Source: Takakia lepidozioides (Eukaryota > Plantae > Bryophyta). Taken from it: DNA of 64,000 nucleotides. A model generated the notes under the pieces. The model made no database searches and had not been told where the DNA came from. It worked only from the letters and a program-made list of their open reading frames with translations. The stretch covers positions 62,558,001-62,622,000 of the forward strand of contig CM060732.1 of NCBI GenBank assembly GCA_030704615.1. The letters run 5' to 3'. Positions 1-13,800 of the stretch are shown here, in pieces. A program made the position numbers and the translations under genes. Each line of letters opens with the position of its first letter. The first letter of the stretch is position 1.

Positions 1-26
1 CTGCTTTTCCTTTTATGTTATTGCAG

Positions 27-1070
27 CCTATGACAAGCTTTGCATGTTCGGAATACGAGTGCATTCAGGGATTGATGGGGCTTCACACTTTGTGGTGTAT
101 GCCAAAGTGGCCCGCGACAAAATTGCAGGGACAATTTTCTCAGGTACATAGTTAAGACTCTATGTACTTTGCACATCTTTTTTGGCCAAGTGAACTAGCT
201 GTAGTTTCCAAATGACAGTGCACCACTAACGAGCGTATTTGTGGACAACTTATAGGGAGGCAGTCTCCAAGTACAATGTACCTTTGAGGACTCGATCAGA
301 TTTTGCATCAGAACACAACTTGATCAAAGAGCATATTGAGGGAGCTCGAGCCAATATTAGAAGTCCATTTTTAGCAGGAGCATCCACGTATAATCAGGTG
401 CTATGATGATGAAGTCCCTAATGAGGAGAAATGTGCACATTGAATGACGAGAGCAAGTGAAGGGCTTTAAGGTTATCTAGGTTTGAGATGTGAGAAAAAT
501 GGGTGTGCATTCTACTGGTAGTCCATCAAATTGACTGTAGTTGGTATACTTCAAGAGGGCCTTGATGATTGGAGGGCTCTTGTGGGGCAAAGAAGATGAA
601 AGCACTGCAGCTTGACAACCTGAGATATTCGCAGCTTTGCAGAGTGACATATATGTCCCGCATTGCATAAGAATAATGTCTGCCGAGGGGTGAGGTGAGT
701 ACCCCAGCAGTCAACAAGGTCAGCACCATGGGGGTTAGCACCATGGTAAGGTTGTCCGTGGAAGTTAGTTTGATAGTTAAAAATTGACAAGGCTTTCCAT
801 GTAGCAAATAGAGCACTGGTGGAGGCACTTATGGGAACAAGTGGTTTTCTTCTACAAGAACTGTTTCCAACAAATGGAGGTTGGCATTCTGAACATGGAT
901 GACCCATGGCAGCAGGAATCATTTCTGTTTGTGTACATCCCGATTGTCCAGGCAGCCGTTGATGAATACGTTGAGACATGGAACCATCACCGAGTGTGAC
1001 GAATCAATGAGAACAATCGTTATCGAGATTCTCATGTCCCTGCGCGTTACTTCCGGGAGTACGAACGCCT
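27..1070 (+). mobile_element. Degenerate intron-containing DDE transposase/integrase core (rve superfamily, eukaryotic IS3/IS481-like); 5' part lies outside the window
   Basis: Three inferred exons (27-143, ~250-397, 805-~1070) read YDKLCMFGIRVHSGIDGASHFVVY / YREAVSKYNVPLRTRSDFASEH...GASTYNQ / QIEHWWRHLW...FYKNCFQQMEVGILNMDDP...ETWNHHRV*. This matches the family pattern DKL..IHG.IDG.S..P.R.RSD.G.EN..S.HNQRIER.W..WN.H. In-frame TGA near 997 (probable CGA decay). Confidence 0.75.
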
Positions 1071-3814
1071 GCACTGGTGTAATACCTTACCCTCCAGAGA
1101 AGCATGTGTTCATTTGCTATTATTGTTATGAACAAGCCCATCCCTAGATCAAATTTTCACATTAGAACATTAGACAAAGTGTAGGGTGAATTCTTGTCCA
1201 TTATTTTGGGCTGGGAAGCCACTGGATATGGCAGAGTGAGGTGGGCAGTTTTTCAGGCTGCGATAAAGGGGAAAGATGGCGATTGACTGCTGGATTGTTG
1301 GTGATTAGTGAAAGGTGGAGCAATGATATTGGGGGATCTGAAACTATGAGAGATGACTCATCGGAAAAGTGTAGAGATGTTCCCTAAGTGGCCGGGACAT
1401 GAGGTAAATTAGTTAATCTTTCAGAAGCCTGTCCAGGGGCCTCTCTTGGTATAGTGCCACCGAAGTTTTGCAATTTCTCTGTGATCACGCGAGTGTTGGT
1501 GCCTGCCACTGTACGCCCGACTACTGGGTTTTTGATCCTCTTTCATAGTAGAGAGGGACACCAACATGCGGGATTAGCAGCATAGTAAATGCAGTATATT
1601 GCAGAATCAGAGCCAATCATTAGTTCAAGCTAGTGTCACTGATTTATACTCAATTCTTTCTACATTTTTTCTTCGATTCTCGGAAGAGAGAGAGAGAGAG
1701 ACCTTGGGTGTGATATTATGGTATGCCCTCTCTTGTAGTAGAGGGCTGCTATTGAGTATATGTTAGTTGGAAATAAAATTTATAATTTGGCTTCTACATT
1801 TCGTCTTTACCTCTGCTCTCCTTCAACGAGCCCTTTGTTATGTCTGTAGTGTGTACACATGGGCTGTCCCGGTTTGTTCTTTTCTGTCTATTACTGCACA
1901 CGTCAAGTTTTGAAGTTGTGCAAGGACGTCACTCCATTTCGGATGCAGCCCGTAGCACACATTGCCTCCTGTCTGAATTTCAAGTAAACGACGTTTTGGG
2001 TTCATGGCTGGCAGACAATGGTAGTGCGCCAATAAACACCTGCCCACTTGCATGCTCTTTCTAGAAGTGGACCTCATTGTCTACCCCGAACCCAAAAAGA
2101 TGGATTCCCTCTGCAGGCCAATGGAGTCGACAACCTGCCAGGGTTGATGGCAGGTGGACTATTGTGATTCCATTGTTTACCTGTCACTTGTGTGTGCTCT
2201 TCAAGGAGTGGACCTATTGTGAATGTGATGTAGGGGGTCTCTCAATCTTCATGAGCAATGAAGTCCACTGCAGCGAGTGTAGTGCAGCGAAGACATCTTC
2301 TTGTGTCTCTCGACCATGTCTTACTCCTAAGCCACAGTCCTGCGGTTTTTGTTGTCTATAAATGGATACTTGCCCTTTGTATCCTAACGACGGAACACAG
2401 TGATGAGAGTATTTTGAGGCTGATGCTTTGTAGACACCTAATTTCGGTGACGTGTACGGGAAAGTTTGATTAAGGGTTGTGATGAAGACAAGGGTTGCAT
2501 CACCAATTCAGTTTTTAACCCCGGTACCAATAAGTGATACAGCTCATGGGCTGGCAAGATATCCTGTGATTGTTTGGAATGCTGGGTAGATACATCGCAA
2601 CGATGTGCGATCACATGTGAAGGCCGGCCAAGGACGTGTAAACAGAAACCCTATCTGTGTCTTCCCTTCCGCTGCGCGTGGGTAGGGTTAGTGTGTATCT
2701 CTGATCAAGTAACTAATTAGTGGGAATGATATGCAGAGCCCCTTGTTTTCACTCTACAAAAACTGAAGATGAAGCATGTGTGGTAGAACACATGATGGAT
2801 GTTGATGGTGTTTTTTGGTTGTGTAGGTGGACAGACCATCTCCTCGAGGATCCTTATGCAGGCCTTGAGCACCCTGATGCCATTGGCACACAGGACCCAG
2901 GTCCATGAGGTGGTGATCAACAATGGCGAAGCACGCATGTGCTGGATGATGTACCAACTACTGGGGCAAAATTAATTCGTGATCTCACCCTCTTGAGAGA
3001 TCGGGCCTATGCAACCCAGGTAGGAAGGCTGCCGCATTCGGTGGCCTGCATCTCATTCCATTTGTACCTTTCACGGTATTGTTACGAGGCGATGACACGA
3101 CATGTGTACATCGATGAACTTGAGTTGATAGATGACTCTTATGTTAATAGAGAGGCTTTGCAAGTTTTGGTCGATGTAGCACATGTATGAATCCGCCCTT
3201 GGACATCCGAGCACGTCTCCATGAGGGTTTGGATGAAAGCAGGGCTCCGGGTCCGGCTGTACCGCCACGGTTTGCCTGTTTTTGTGTCCTTCGGCATACT
3301 GGAGTGGGGCACATAGTTGTAGAGGACATCGTAGGTTACAGGGTCCACAGCGGCATCAACAAGACGACCGTCGTTGCGGAATTTGAACGTAGACCCTCTC
3401 TTCACAAAGCAATATGCCTCAAACACCAATGTCTGCACATCCAACAAAGAAGGGATCAATTCCAGGGTCTACTTAACATACACCACAATATGAAGTGAAT
3501 GCAATAGATTGATAACTTACACTTTGGCCCTTTGTGCATCCAATTAATCACTCGGGATTCTCCACAAGCAAACCCTTCACACGATAAAGAGAGATATTTT
3601 AGTGTAAATATTATTTATTAGGCAACCAACAAAATTTAATTTCAGCTCACCAATTTTAATGTTTATTTTTTGTGAATATTTGTATTTATATATATTTAAG
3701 TTTAAAATATAGAAATATTTATTTACTTAGTTTTTATTAATCCCAATTAATTTAGGCGAGTTTATATTCAACCAAGTAACATTCTTAGAAAAGCAAAACT
3801 AACTACAAGAAGAA

Positions 3815-4105
3815 CTGCAGGAAGAGGATTTGAACCCCTAACTCGGGATTGAAATCTATGTTTGTAACCAATAAGTCCACAACAATCTCGTCAAAAATCT
3901 GGACTATTGAATTATTTATAGAGTTGCCACCAGGATCTGAAAATTAAAAAGAACACAATCAAAAATGAATTACAAGATTGCGGCCAACAGGGGTTGAACC
4001 TCCGACTACAAGGTTACAAACCTAGTTACTAACCAATATGTCCATGATGATTCACGACCAACACTTGGCTATCTAATTATTTATAGAGGTACAAAAGGGA
4101 TCTAA
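3815..4105 (-). repeat. Two diverged tandem ~165-bp Pol III/tRNA-like units (TATA, A-box, B-box, T-run)
   Basis: Minus strand, unit 1: TATAAAT 3914-3920, A-box TGGACTTATTGG 3868-3879, B-box GGTTCAAATCC 3826-3836. Unit 2: TATAAAT 4079-4085, TGGACATATTGG 4033-4044, GGTTCAACCCC 3990-4000. No acceptor-stem pairing is visible. Confidence 0.6.
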
Positions 4106-6047
4106 CTAGTCCAAAGGCATGACATTTTCTCTTATTCTTGGCTTCCTTCCACTAACAGTCTGTCTCTGGCAGTGTCCAGCAGCTTTTCTGTAACTTAGTC
4201 TGAGTAGCAAGTCTTTCGTAGAGAAACTCCAGACTTTCCGGGTTTCAATTCATTCACTCGATCTCACATGCCAACATTGATCTGGTCAGAGTAGCACCTT
4301 CTACCCTGGATTCTTTCTCCATCTTTTAACTTGAACATTATGCTGCAGTTTGAAATTAATTAACGGCTTGTAGGCTCAGTCATGATTGCTGCACCGATTG
4401 AACCTTATACTTATTGCCTGAGGACCACCCAACGCTAATTAGAGATTCTGGAATAGAGTTTAAGATCCCAATTTACTTCATCAATTGGTCGACACTTCTC
4501 TCCATGAAAGACTATCTGCATATAGAGAAAATGGGCAGAGAGAGAATGGCATTATATATAGAGATGGGTGCGTACAACATACAACTTGTTAGCACCCAGT
4601 CTTCAAGTAATCATTGAATTGCAGTGCCATGGTCCTGCCCCGTCTCACAGTGGGTTTTAGGGCCACCACTTTCAGCAACTATTCCATCAGCACAACATCG
4701 AATAGTTGCACCTTTGCCATGCAAATACTCTCTATAGCACATCCAAAATGTGATTATGAAGAGAAAACATTCTTCCCTTTGTTCAGCTTGTCCGATTTTG
4801 GCAAGACATCCCCCATCTAGCCACAGTCTCTGAAGTTTCTGTCCAATCACCACTATACTACACGTCGTTGTGCAATATGTACACCTTCCAAACTCACAGC
4901 ATCATGAACAGAGGATCTGCAGTGATGGTCAATAGCCCTTGTGTCCTCGAATTCGCTTCGTCATATCCACTTGTCCCACAATCGCCCTGAAAATTCTCTG
5001 AGAAAGATTCTACTTATAACACCTTCAGTTGTTGGTCTCTGATGAGAGGTGAAATGAGTTCTCTTTCAGTTTTGTCGAAGAATTCAACGCAATGCAACTC
5101 GTAGCAGCTGTTATGTTAACCAAATACTCCTCGTTTCGTAAGAGACATTTTACGAGATCCAACAAACAGGAAGGAAAACGGATGCTCAGTAAAAACGATG
5201 CCTTTGTTGTTTGGCGAGAGAGGCAGTGCTCTCGTACGCGAGACACCTAGAAAATACGCGATGTAGAATACATGGTCGACGGATGAAAACTGCCTTAGGT
5301 AAACCCAGGGTTAAAGGGGTCAAGCAAGGAATATTCATCTGGAATATTTCTTGGGTGTCTTCAGGGTAACGAATCTTTCCCTGGGTCCAGGGAATATTTA
5401 CCCAGGGCTAGCGAATCTTTCCCGGGCTTTCTAAGCCCGGGCCACTGCAACCCCGGGACAGCAGGAAAGGACGGGCAGCAGCCGAAATTTGTTCCCAATG
5501 AGTTCCCTGTATGGACTGGGGTGCAGGACGTCCAGTCCCAGGCCCAGACCTGGCTTGGTCCATGGTCTAGACCCGGGCAGCGCCCCAGGCCAGCCCAAAA
5601 CTCTCATTTTTATGGCGTCCCGCAACACGGCCTTTTTGCTATTCCCTGCGAGTGTACCTATTCATGCATGAGAACCTCTGTGCCAGATGGATGAACTCGA
5701 CGAGTTGCCTTGTACTCTTGGCCGGTCGGCCACGTTGCAGCTCGGGACACGTGTAGACTTTTTGAGGATCCGTTTGGTTGATGGCCTGTTATGGCCACAT
5801 TTGCTTCCTCGCGCTTGCTGCCCTGCTCTGTCTGTCTGTCTGTCTGTCTCTCGCGCGCACCCATTTCTTAAATTGTAAAGCCAACTTGTCGGTATTGTTT
5901 GAACGAGTTTCTGCAGCCCTGCTGTCCAGAAACAGCTACGAGTCGAGATTCTCTATCGAACGCACCACACAGATTACTCCAACGAGCATCCTACCTTCAC
6001 AAGATAGAGATTTGACTTAGGTGCTTTATTTTTCCGAGATCTTGAAG

Positions 6048-7399
6048 ATGGCGTCAGCTACTGAAAAACAGCAGACCGTGCAGGTACCACCAGCCCAAGC
6101 AAATGGGGCTCAAGACACAGTTGATCAAAACACTGGCCTGCCGTCGTCACCGGGTGGGGTAAGGAACCACAAGGCCGAGTCCCTCGGTAATGCGCACAAA
6201 CAGAGGGTGGAGGCAGAAGCCAATGCCTATTTGCAGGCAGAAATTCGTAAGGCTGAAGCTCACGCCCAGACAGCACAGGTTTGCGGATTCTCGACATTTT
6301 ATTGCCATACAACTGTCAAAATTGTTTTTCCCTAGTGCCAGTTCTTTTCTTTCTTACATTTATATACGTGCATCCTCTCGTAATTGATCAACCTTACATG
6401 ACTACGTATGATCTGAGGCGTATTGTCACAAAGCCCAGGGCAATGTTGTGCATCTCTCTTCAAATAGTTTGACATACATGGATGGACGCGCCCACCCACT
6501 GGCTTAACAGCTGCAAAGCTACGACTTCGGTTGTGGCAAAGCGAAGGGTTCCCTGTACCTTGCTCTTGTCAGTTTGGAGCGCAAACTTTTGAAGTGCAAT
6601 ATTGGTACGAGCCAATACAAAGATATGAGCATGGGTTTTTGTTGTGATGCAGTCAAAGGTAGAGCAGAAGCGAATGAAGGAAGAGGCAAAAGCCATTGAA
6701 GGGAAAAAACGCGAGGAGCAGCGCGCTTTGCAAACCGTGCACAATGCTGAGGTTCTTTTTCTTCACTGGCCCCTCCTTTCTCTCTGGGCCTGGTGTGGAG
6801 GTCAAATTTGTATTTCTGTTTTGTACTGTCACCGACTACAATCCGTCACACAACTACAACATTTGCTACCCTTGTCCCATATGTAAGCTCTTTGGGCTTT
6901 ACGTGGAAGCTGTGAAGTTCCTCTCTCACATTTCTTTCTGCACTTTTGTAATACACTTCAATTCACTTGGCAATTGACCTCGAGTTTTAAACTGGATGAG
7001 TCAGTTAAAGGCCGACAAGATAATGACCAAAGCAAAGGAGGAGGCGGCAGCAATAAAGTCACTCGCTAACGAGGAAGCTGAGAAGGCCATAGCTGATTCC
7101 CTCACCCAGGCTGAGCGGGTACGACTTCCTCGCTCTACAAATTCTTAGGGACAAGTTTCACGTGTTAATTCTAAGTTTCTCTAGAGCGTTGGAAAACCAG
7201 GTACGGTTGTTTTCTAAGAATTCGTTTGTGGTCTGAAATTTGATTTATGAAGGAAAGGGCGGCTATCGAGGAGAGGACGAAGGTTGAGACAGAGGAGATT
7301 GTGGATAGAGTGCAACACATGAAAGCCTCAGGGGACTTTCCCATCGCCCAACATAAGGGCGTGATGCGCCGAATGAAAGACAGCATCACCGGCCACTAA
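6048..7399 (+). CDS. 196-aa charged coiled-coil protein, remorin C-terminal-like
   Basis: Four GT-AG exons 6048-6278, 6653-6751, 7005-7118, 7253-7399 join in frame. Disordered N-terminus, E/K/A-rich helix, and a C-terminal ...IEERTKVETEEIVDRVQHMKASGDFP resembling the remorin tail. The gene model is firmer than the product call. Confidence 0.7.
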
Positions 7400-10300
7400 G
7401 GCGTCACTGAGGGAGGTCCTCCAATAACAGACCTTCATAGGAAATCGTGAAATTCTGTGTTTCTACAGCTCCTGAAAGAAATTTTACAAGTGCTGTTGAG
7501 TACTGTGATGTGCAAGGTGGTTCTCTTTGATTGCCCATTATCGACCTCTCCTTCCAGTATAGCAAGGAGGTTTGATAAGTTTCCTGCCTTTGATGCTCTT
7601 TCACACTTTAGAAGATTTGAGTTTAGCTGCCTACATTGTGGAATATTCACCTAAAGTACAATGATCTACATGATCTACATGGTTCCATGTAAAGATCTCA
7701 TGGTCTGTGTCCACTTCTGAGATTGCTTATAGATGTTAGGTTTGTGGGTTCTCCCCTGACTTCAGATATTTGAAGACACTGGTGTCCCGGATGAACCTAC
7801 CAAGAGTATATTAGATGTACAACTTGCCCCAGCAAGCTTTCTTCCTAGAGACTACTTAGGAAAACCAATGTACGAAGGAGAACTTGTATATAAATAGTTG
7901 ATGTACAATTTTCAGACAGCAGATGTGACAATTCTGGACAACCAAGATTCCTAGCCTTCAACTTGACAAATTAAAGAATCTGTGACTCAGTTGCTATTAA
8001 AGAAGAAAAATTGGTACAGAGCGGTCCATCAGCTGCTAGGATTGGACAATGGAACTGCATGCTATGCTTGTGAGTAGAGTTCATAATATTAACGATCCTG
8101 CAGAGACTCGATTCGCAAACGAAAAATTACTATGGGCTGCAAGTGTTCTATCCTCTATTGAGCGAGCCCCTCGGGGAGGAGAGTGAGCGAGAGAGAAGAT
8201 TCAATGAACTGTGCAATCTTATTATTACATGTAACACTAAGTGGTTGAAGAAAGGTAGTAAAAGCAGGTGATCATATGTGTACATAATAGCTCTTGTGGA
8301 TTGGGTCTACTAGCCCTGTCCCATTTATCTCTCACATCGAACTGAGTATCAGCCATGGCAATGACCGTGATACAGCTCACACCTGGCACATGGCTTATGG
8401 CCACCAGGCTACGAGTCCTTGCATCTCGAAGGGCGAATTAAACAGAGAAAAATAGTGTACACACTTCTCTCAGATTATACACTCCAATTCTGCAAAGGCG
8501 TCTTTACCGTGAGCTTCCCTGGAGATTCACACTTCAACTCAACTTCGTTATCGACTGCCAAATCCACAGAGAAAAGAGCGGCTAGAAATCTTGGAAATCC
8601 TCTTGAAAAATTTCCTCGACAGCTTCTAGGAAGAAAGTAGGCGAAGATCACACAACGAAGGAGAGACTCGAGTTCTCGGAGGGAGAAGAAACCAAATAGT
8701 CTATTTTCGGAATAGACTATTGTTGTCCGGACCGTATCATCCACGTGGATAAGCCATGTGGCGCCAGACAGATGGATGATATTTCTCCACTGTATTATTA
8801 AAAGGACACGTTACCGTAGTAAAATATTAAAAACGTCCCAAAACATGCCCTCTTTTCATTCGCCGATGCGAATGGATGAATGTACATTCATATGGATGAA
8901 GCGAGGGTTTCTGCTAGTTCAGACTTGTTTCCACTTTTAACTACTAAAAAATTGAAAAGAAACGACAGGTTCACGCGAGTCAGAGGAGAGTAGATGCGAA
9001 AGGAGATTTGAGCTCCAGACGTGCGGAAATAGGTAACCAGGGTTAAAGGAAGGTCGTCTCTCCGGCAGGATGAGTGCGGGAGAGAGTCAGTCGCCAGAGG
9101 GACCTCGTCATCGCCATTACGTTGCTCAGCTGCGCGCGGGCCATCGCCTCCCTTGCTCGTTTCTGATTCCCCTGCCGAAATTCCGTAGGTCGTCATTGTG
9201 GTCTTTAAGTAGGAGGTTTTTGGAAGTTTTTCCTCTTTGCTGTGCTGCCGAAGGTGGCGTGTTTTCTCTTGACGAATTCCATCCTCGGTTTGTGCTCGTG
9301 AATCGGGATCGCCTTCCACACACGTGTATAAGGTCGGTGGTAGGGATCCGCTGGTTGATGAACTCGATTGGAGCATGTCGGTGTGTGGTCGTTGAGTCTG
9401 AAGGAGCTTCAAGGAGACCGCCATCCCTGTGCTATTAGGGCAAGGGTTAAGGAGTTTTTGAAGCAGTGGTTTTAACCACTGTGGTGGCAGTTATCTGTTC
9501 TAAGCAGACCTAGTCTCAAGAGGAATCCATTGGAATTTATGTTTTGACCTAAATGCAGTGGTCCGTAGTTGTCTGTTTCTGATCTGAAATCACAGCGATC
9601 AAGTAGCCATTATTCTGTACAGGGGGTCGATGGTCGATGCGAATCCAGAGTTTAGTGGTCGTTTGGAGTGAATTTGTTGGAAGAGTGCGAAGCCTGTACA
9701 GAGTCGGCATCTTGTGGTAAATTATTGACGGGAGTTTCAGCAGGAAGTCACTCATACGCTGTGGCTTCAAAGAGGGGCTTGTGGACGTGCTTGTCAAGGT
9801 AGTGTGCTTTGGCTACAGCCCGTTGCAGTCTTCGGCAATTGAATTATCTGTACGGTTCTACCCAATTGTATATTTCCCAAGTTCTCTTTTCTTTTTGTAA
9901 ACCTAATTTACTGTGCGGATTGCGATTACCCTGAGGTTTGTGGTAGCTCAGTTTTAAGGTTGGATAGTAAGTCAGATGGCTGGACTCGGCTAGTTAATTC
10001 TGGTCGATGGGTCTGGCGATGTATCAGGGGAGCACAATTCCGTCTTTGTGACTTTCAGGTTCATTTGTCATTGGGCTTGTCGATGACAAGTGCTGGTTGC
10101 AGAATCCAGGAATTTGTACGTGTGTGTGTGTGTGTGTGTGTGTTGCTCTCTCTCTTGAATGAGAAAAACATACTTTGATGATGCACTCATTAGACTAGTT
10201 TGTGGCTTGACAGATGTAAGTGAAAGAATAGTGTAGTTGTACGTTTAGTTGCTCAATTCTAGATATAAACTGAAAGATAACAACATCAAACAGATTGCAG

Positions 10301-10816
10301 TGGGTAAGTCTACTATGCAGTAGCCTTCTTTTCATATTCTCTGCCGAGAGGAAAAGCGGATCATGCCAGGGTATCTCCCTAGACAGAATGTGGCTAAGAA
10401 ATCTCCCCTTAACAACTGTTGGGGTTTGCTGTAAGGTTAGTGTCAAACATTCGGCCTGCAGGCACGGCTTAGCTCTAGCTACAAGAAACAGACAGGGATT
10501 ACTTCTCCGCCTGCACATCCCATTTCTGTCAAGTTAGACAGCGGCCTACTAGCTGAAACTGGTGTAAACTATGATTGGGATGGAGATATGGCCATCACCT
10601 TTGCCTGCAGAAAGGCAGTAAGGGGAAACAAAGGAGCAGCACAATGGATGCTGAAAAATCATTAATGGAGGGGCTGTCTTTTTAATGGCTTATCTTCCAG
10701 ATAGACAGAGGTTTATTGAGTTGGTGCATTTTTGTTTTCACTATGCCTCCAAGTTCTGTTTCCACATGCTCAGTCAAGTTTTACTTCTTCATCAGGTGAC
10801 CTGTAGAGCGCGGGAG

Positions 10817-13800
10817 ATGGCACAGCTGCATCCAGATGACATTGAATACATGGCTGATGAGTTCATGGTGGAGTTTGAGGATGATGGTGAGGAGCTGCTG
10901 CAGGCTGCCCATGAGAGAGTTTCCATCGACACAGACTCTGACGATGACAGCGATGTGGTGAGCAGAAGTTTTGTGTTTGATTTCTCCTACTCTGACTGAG
11001 GGTTTGGCTGTTACCCAAGAGCTTAATTACAGAAGGTGTGTTGAAAGGGAAGGGATGCTCTCTCATCGAATCGATGGTGCTTGAAAAAACAGTTCTGAAT
11101 GTATTTCCCTACTCGCTTACTTAAGCTCGAGTATGTTAACCAGTGAAGAGACCATGAGTGGTTGTTGAGAGTGAATAACACATCAACAGATTCAGAGTTG
11201 TTTCGGCAACTCACAGCAACTTGGAAGCAGCCTGGGACACAAGATTTTCATGTCTTGGAGATGTATGCATCCAGAAAACTTGGATTGATTGTGTTATTGT
11301 ATGCCTGCACTGTGTTTCTGCAACAAATCCATTACTGACAGCCAATATAGAGGATGCAAGTGGTCTTTTGGGGGGTGCGCCCTGCGGGTATACCTTAGTC
11401 AATGTCGGGATAGTCCTATGCAACATCTAAGTATGAGTGAAAGAGAAAGAATGAAAGAAGCCATGCTTTGGATAGTTAGGTTTCATCTGGCAGATGAGTG
11501 ATGAAGGCACCTTTCAGGCACCTCTCCATTAATCTTGGACAAATGCTAAGTCTAGATAAATATTGCAGGGTTAGAAATGCTCCTGCTCTCCCTCTTTCAA
11601 TGCCAGTTTTCTGGGATGCATAAACTTCTCGAGGATGATTATAAATCTTCCTATCGTGCATTCTTCTGTCAGATTCTGCGAATGCCTAAGTCTTGTGAGT
11701 TAGCTATGCTGTTCTCTCAGTGGGTTCATGATCATGCGGCCTTTGTTTGGGCCAAGTCTGGATAACAAAGGTAATGTGTCAGCACAGTCTGCCCAACAAA
11801 TTCCTGCAGCAAAGAAGTTTGCTTATATGTGTTGCTCCTGCTTCTTTGTCCTCCTTAGCAAGGTCAGTTACCTTGTTTGTGTTGTTACATGTCTTCTGGC
11901 AATCGAGGGACCAAATAGGAGATTTCCGTTATGAGCCTAATTGTGTGTTGTTGATCTGCAGAGGTACAAATCAATTCAATGGAAAATTAATTGTGCCATT
12001 GAAATGTGTAGATGAGTAAGGTTTCAGATGACACAACAGCTGCGCAAGCTCGGCAAGGGAAGGACATTCAGGGTATTCCATGGGATCGGCTGCAATTCAC
12101 AAGGGAGAAATACCGGGAGACCCGGCTGCAGCAGTACAAAAACTATGAAAACCTTCCCCAGTCTCACGACGAGCTAGAAAAGGTGTCAAATCCGTACTCG
12201 AGGGCTTTGCAAACTGAGGGAAAGATTTCTGCAGCATAGTATTTCTTTGTGTGCCTGCATTGTGCCTGCAGGTCATAACTGGATCACCCCAGTAAACAGC
12301 ACTTTGAGAAGATTCATATGTCTTACTGAATGTCCCAGACTACCCACAATGGTTGACCCGGCTTTGCCTTCTAGTGTGGTACAATGTTATACATTACTTG
12401 GAAGGCCTAATTGCATGTATGAACAAAATTTTTAGTAGTTAAGCATGATCTTTGTATGGAACTTTTTTGGGACAACTATGATACGACTCGCGGGTTGAAG
12501 TTGTGTGGCATTATAAATATTTGTCTGCTTGGTAATTGCAAGTTTTAGCATTGGGAATCACATTATGCAGGCTCATGAGGTTCATGTTTGAGTTCACTTC
12601 TTTACCAGTGTTATTCCCTTGGTTTGTTTTGATTTGTTGACAGGAGTGCAAGCAGGTTAAGAAAGGAGGGAATTTCTTCCATTTCCGATACAACACTAAA
12701 TCAGTGAAATCCACTATTGTCCATTTTCAGGTCAGTATATGGCAGACTGTATGACTTTGATGCGTTGCTGCCCCCTCTTCTTCTCATTCTCTCTTTGATT
12801 TGTTGTATAGTTCAAGGAGTACTTTTTAAGTGAATTTAGTTTTGGTAGGCCATCAGTTTTTCCGCCTCTTGAGCCCAAGATTACATGTAGATTGACAAGG
12901 AAGAAGGAAGACTCTTGCCGAAGCAAGCGTGTCACTTCACCTCAACGGGCCACTGCCTTTGGTTTGGAATGTGGACACCTTCTGTAAACGTGGAAACACG
13001 GTTACCCAACCCTCTCCCAAGGACTCTAAAGTTCCCAGGTACCCACACATTAAGTAGCCGGTTGACCCAGGTACCCCCCTTTTATGGCTGGGTTGGCCAT
13101 AATGGCTAATATCCAACATACACCTATGTGGCTTTGAACCCACGACCACTTGCAAGGTGACCTTGTGCCCTGACCACTGGGCCATCTGTTGGATGCTTGA
13201 TTGACAAGGAACAATATCATGCTGAGCACAGATTTTGTTGTTGGGGCTGAACAGCTGAGGAACCTAGTGTGGGCGACATCAAAGCACGATGTGTATCTCA
13301 TGAACACTTACACCGTCATGCACTGGTCACCCATGACCCGCAAGGGCACTGATGTACTTAATGTTGCTGGACCTGTTGTTCCTGGCTCTCAGGTACGTCA
13401 CACAACAGCTTTCTTGCTTCCCAGTTCTGGTCAAATTGTTTATGGCTTCACCAGAGGAAACTCTACTCATTCGGTGTTTCACATACCCTTCAGGGCATGG
13501 TCCCTGCTGGATTCTAGCTCTCTGGAGTTGGTTGCGGGCTTAAGCAGGGTATGAAACTCAGTCAGGATGTGCTTAGTGTTACAGCTGATGACAATGGATG
13601 GATGCTAACAAAGGGCTGCCATATTAGAAATCACAGCATAGTTTCCAGCACTGTTACTGTGGTCCTCTACTTTATGGATGATGTGACGCATATCACTTGC
13701 ACTGTCACCTTTGTGGCACATATGTGAAACTTGTGGCTGCCATCATTAAAGGGACCATTAACAGAGAGTGAATGAACTGATTTTGTTAAACTTAAATACT

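Noticed and set aside
3815-4105. Functional tRNA genes
   Set aside because: A/B boxes are present but no acceptor stem or complete cloverleaf can be formed.
4130-5250. Possible degenerate minus-strand exons
   Set aside because: Multiple stops in all frames and no assignable homology by eye.
5290-5620. CCCGGG-rich segment as a MITE
   Set aside because: Short internal repeats are present but no definable TIR pair or TSD.
8888-9438. 178-aa and 122-aa ORFs upstream of the WD40 gene
   Set aside because: No family resemblance; the region looks like the promoter and 5' UTR of the WD40 gene.
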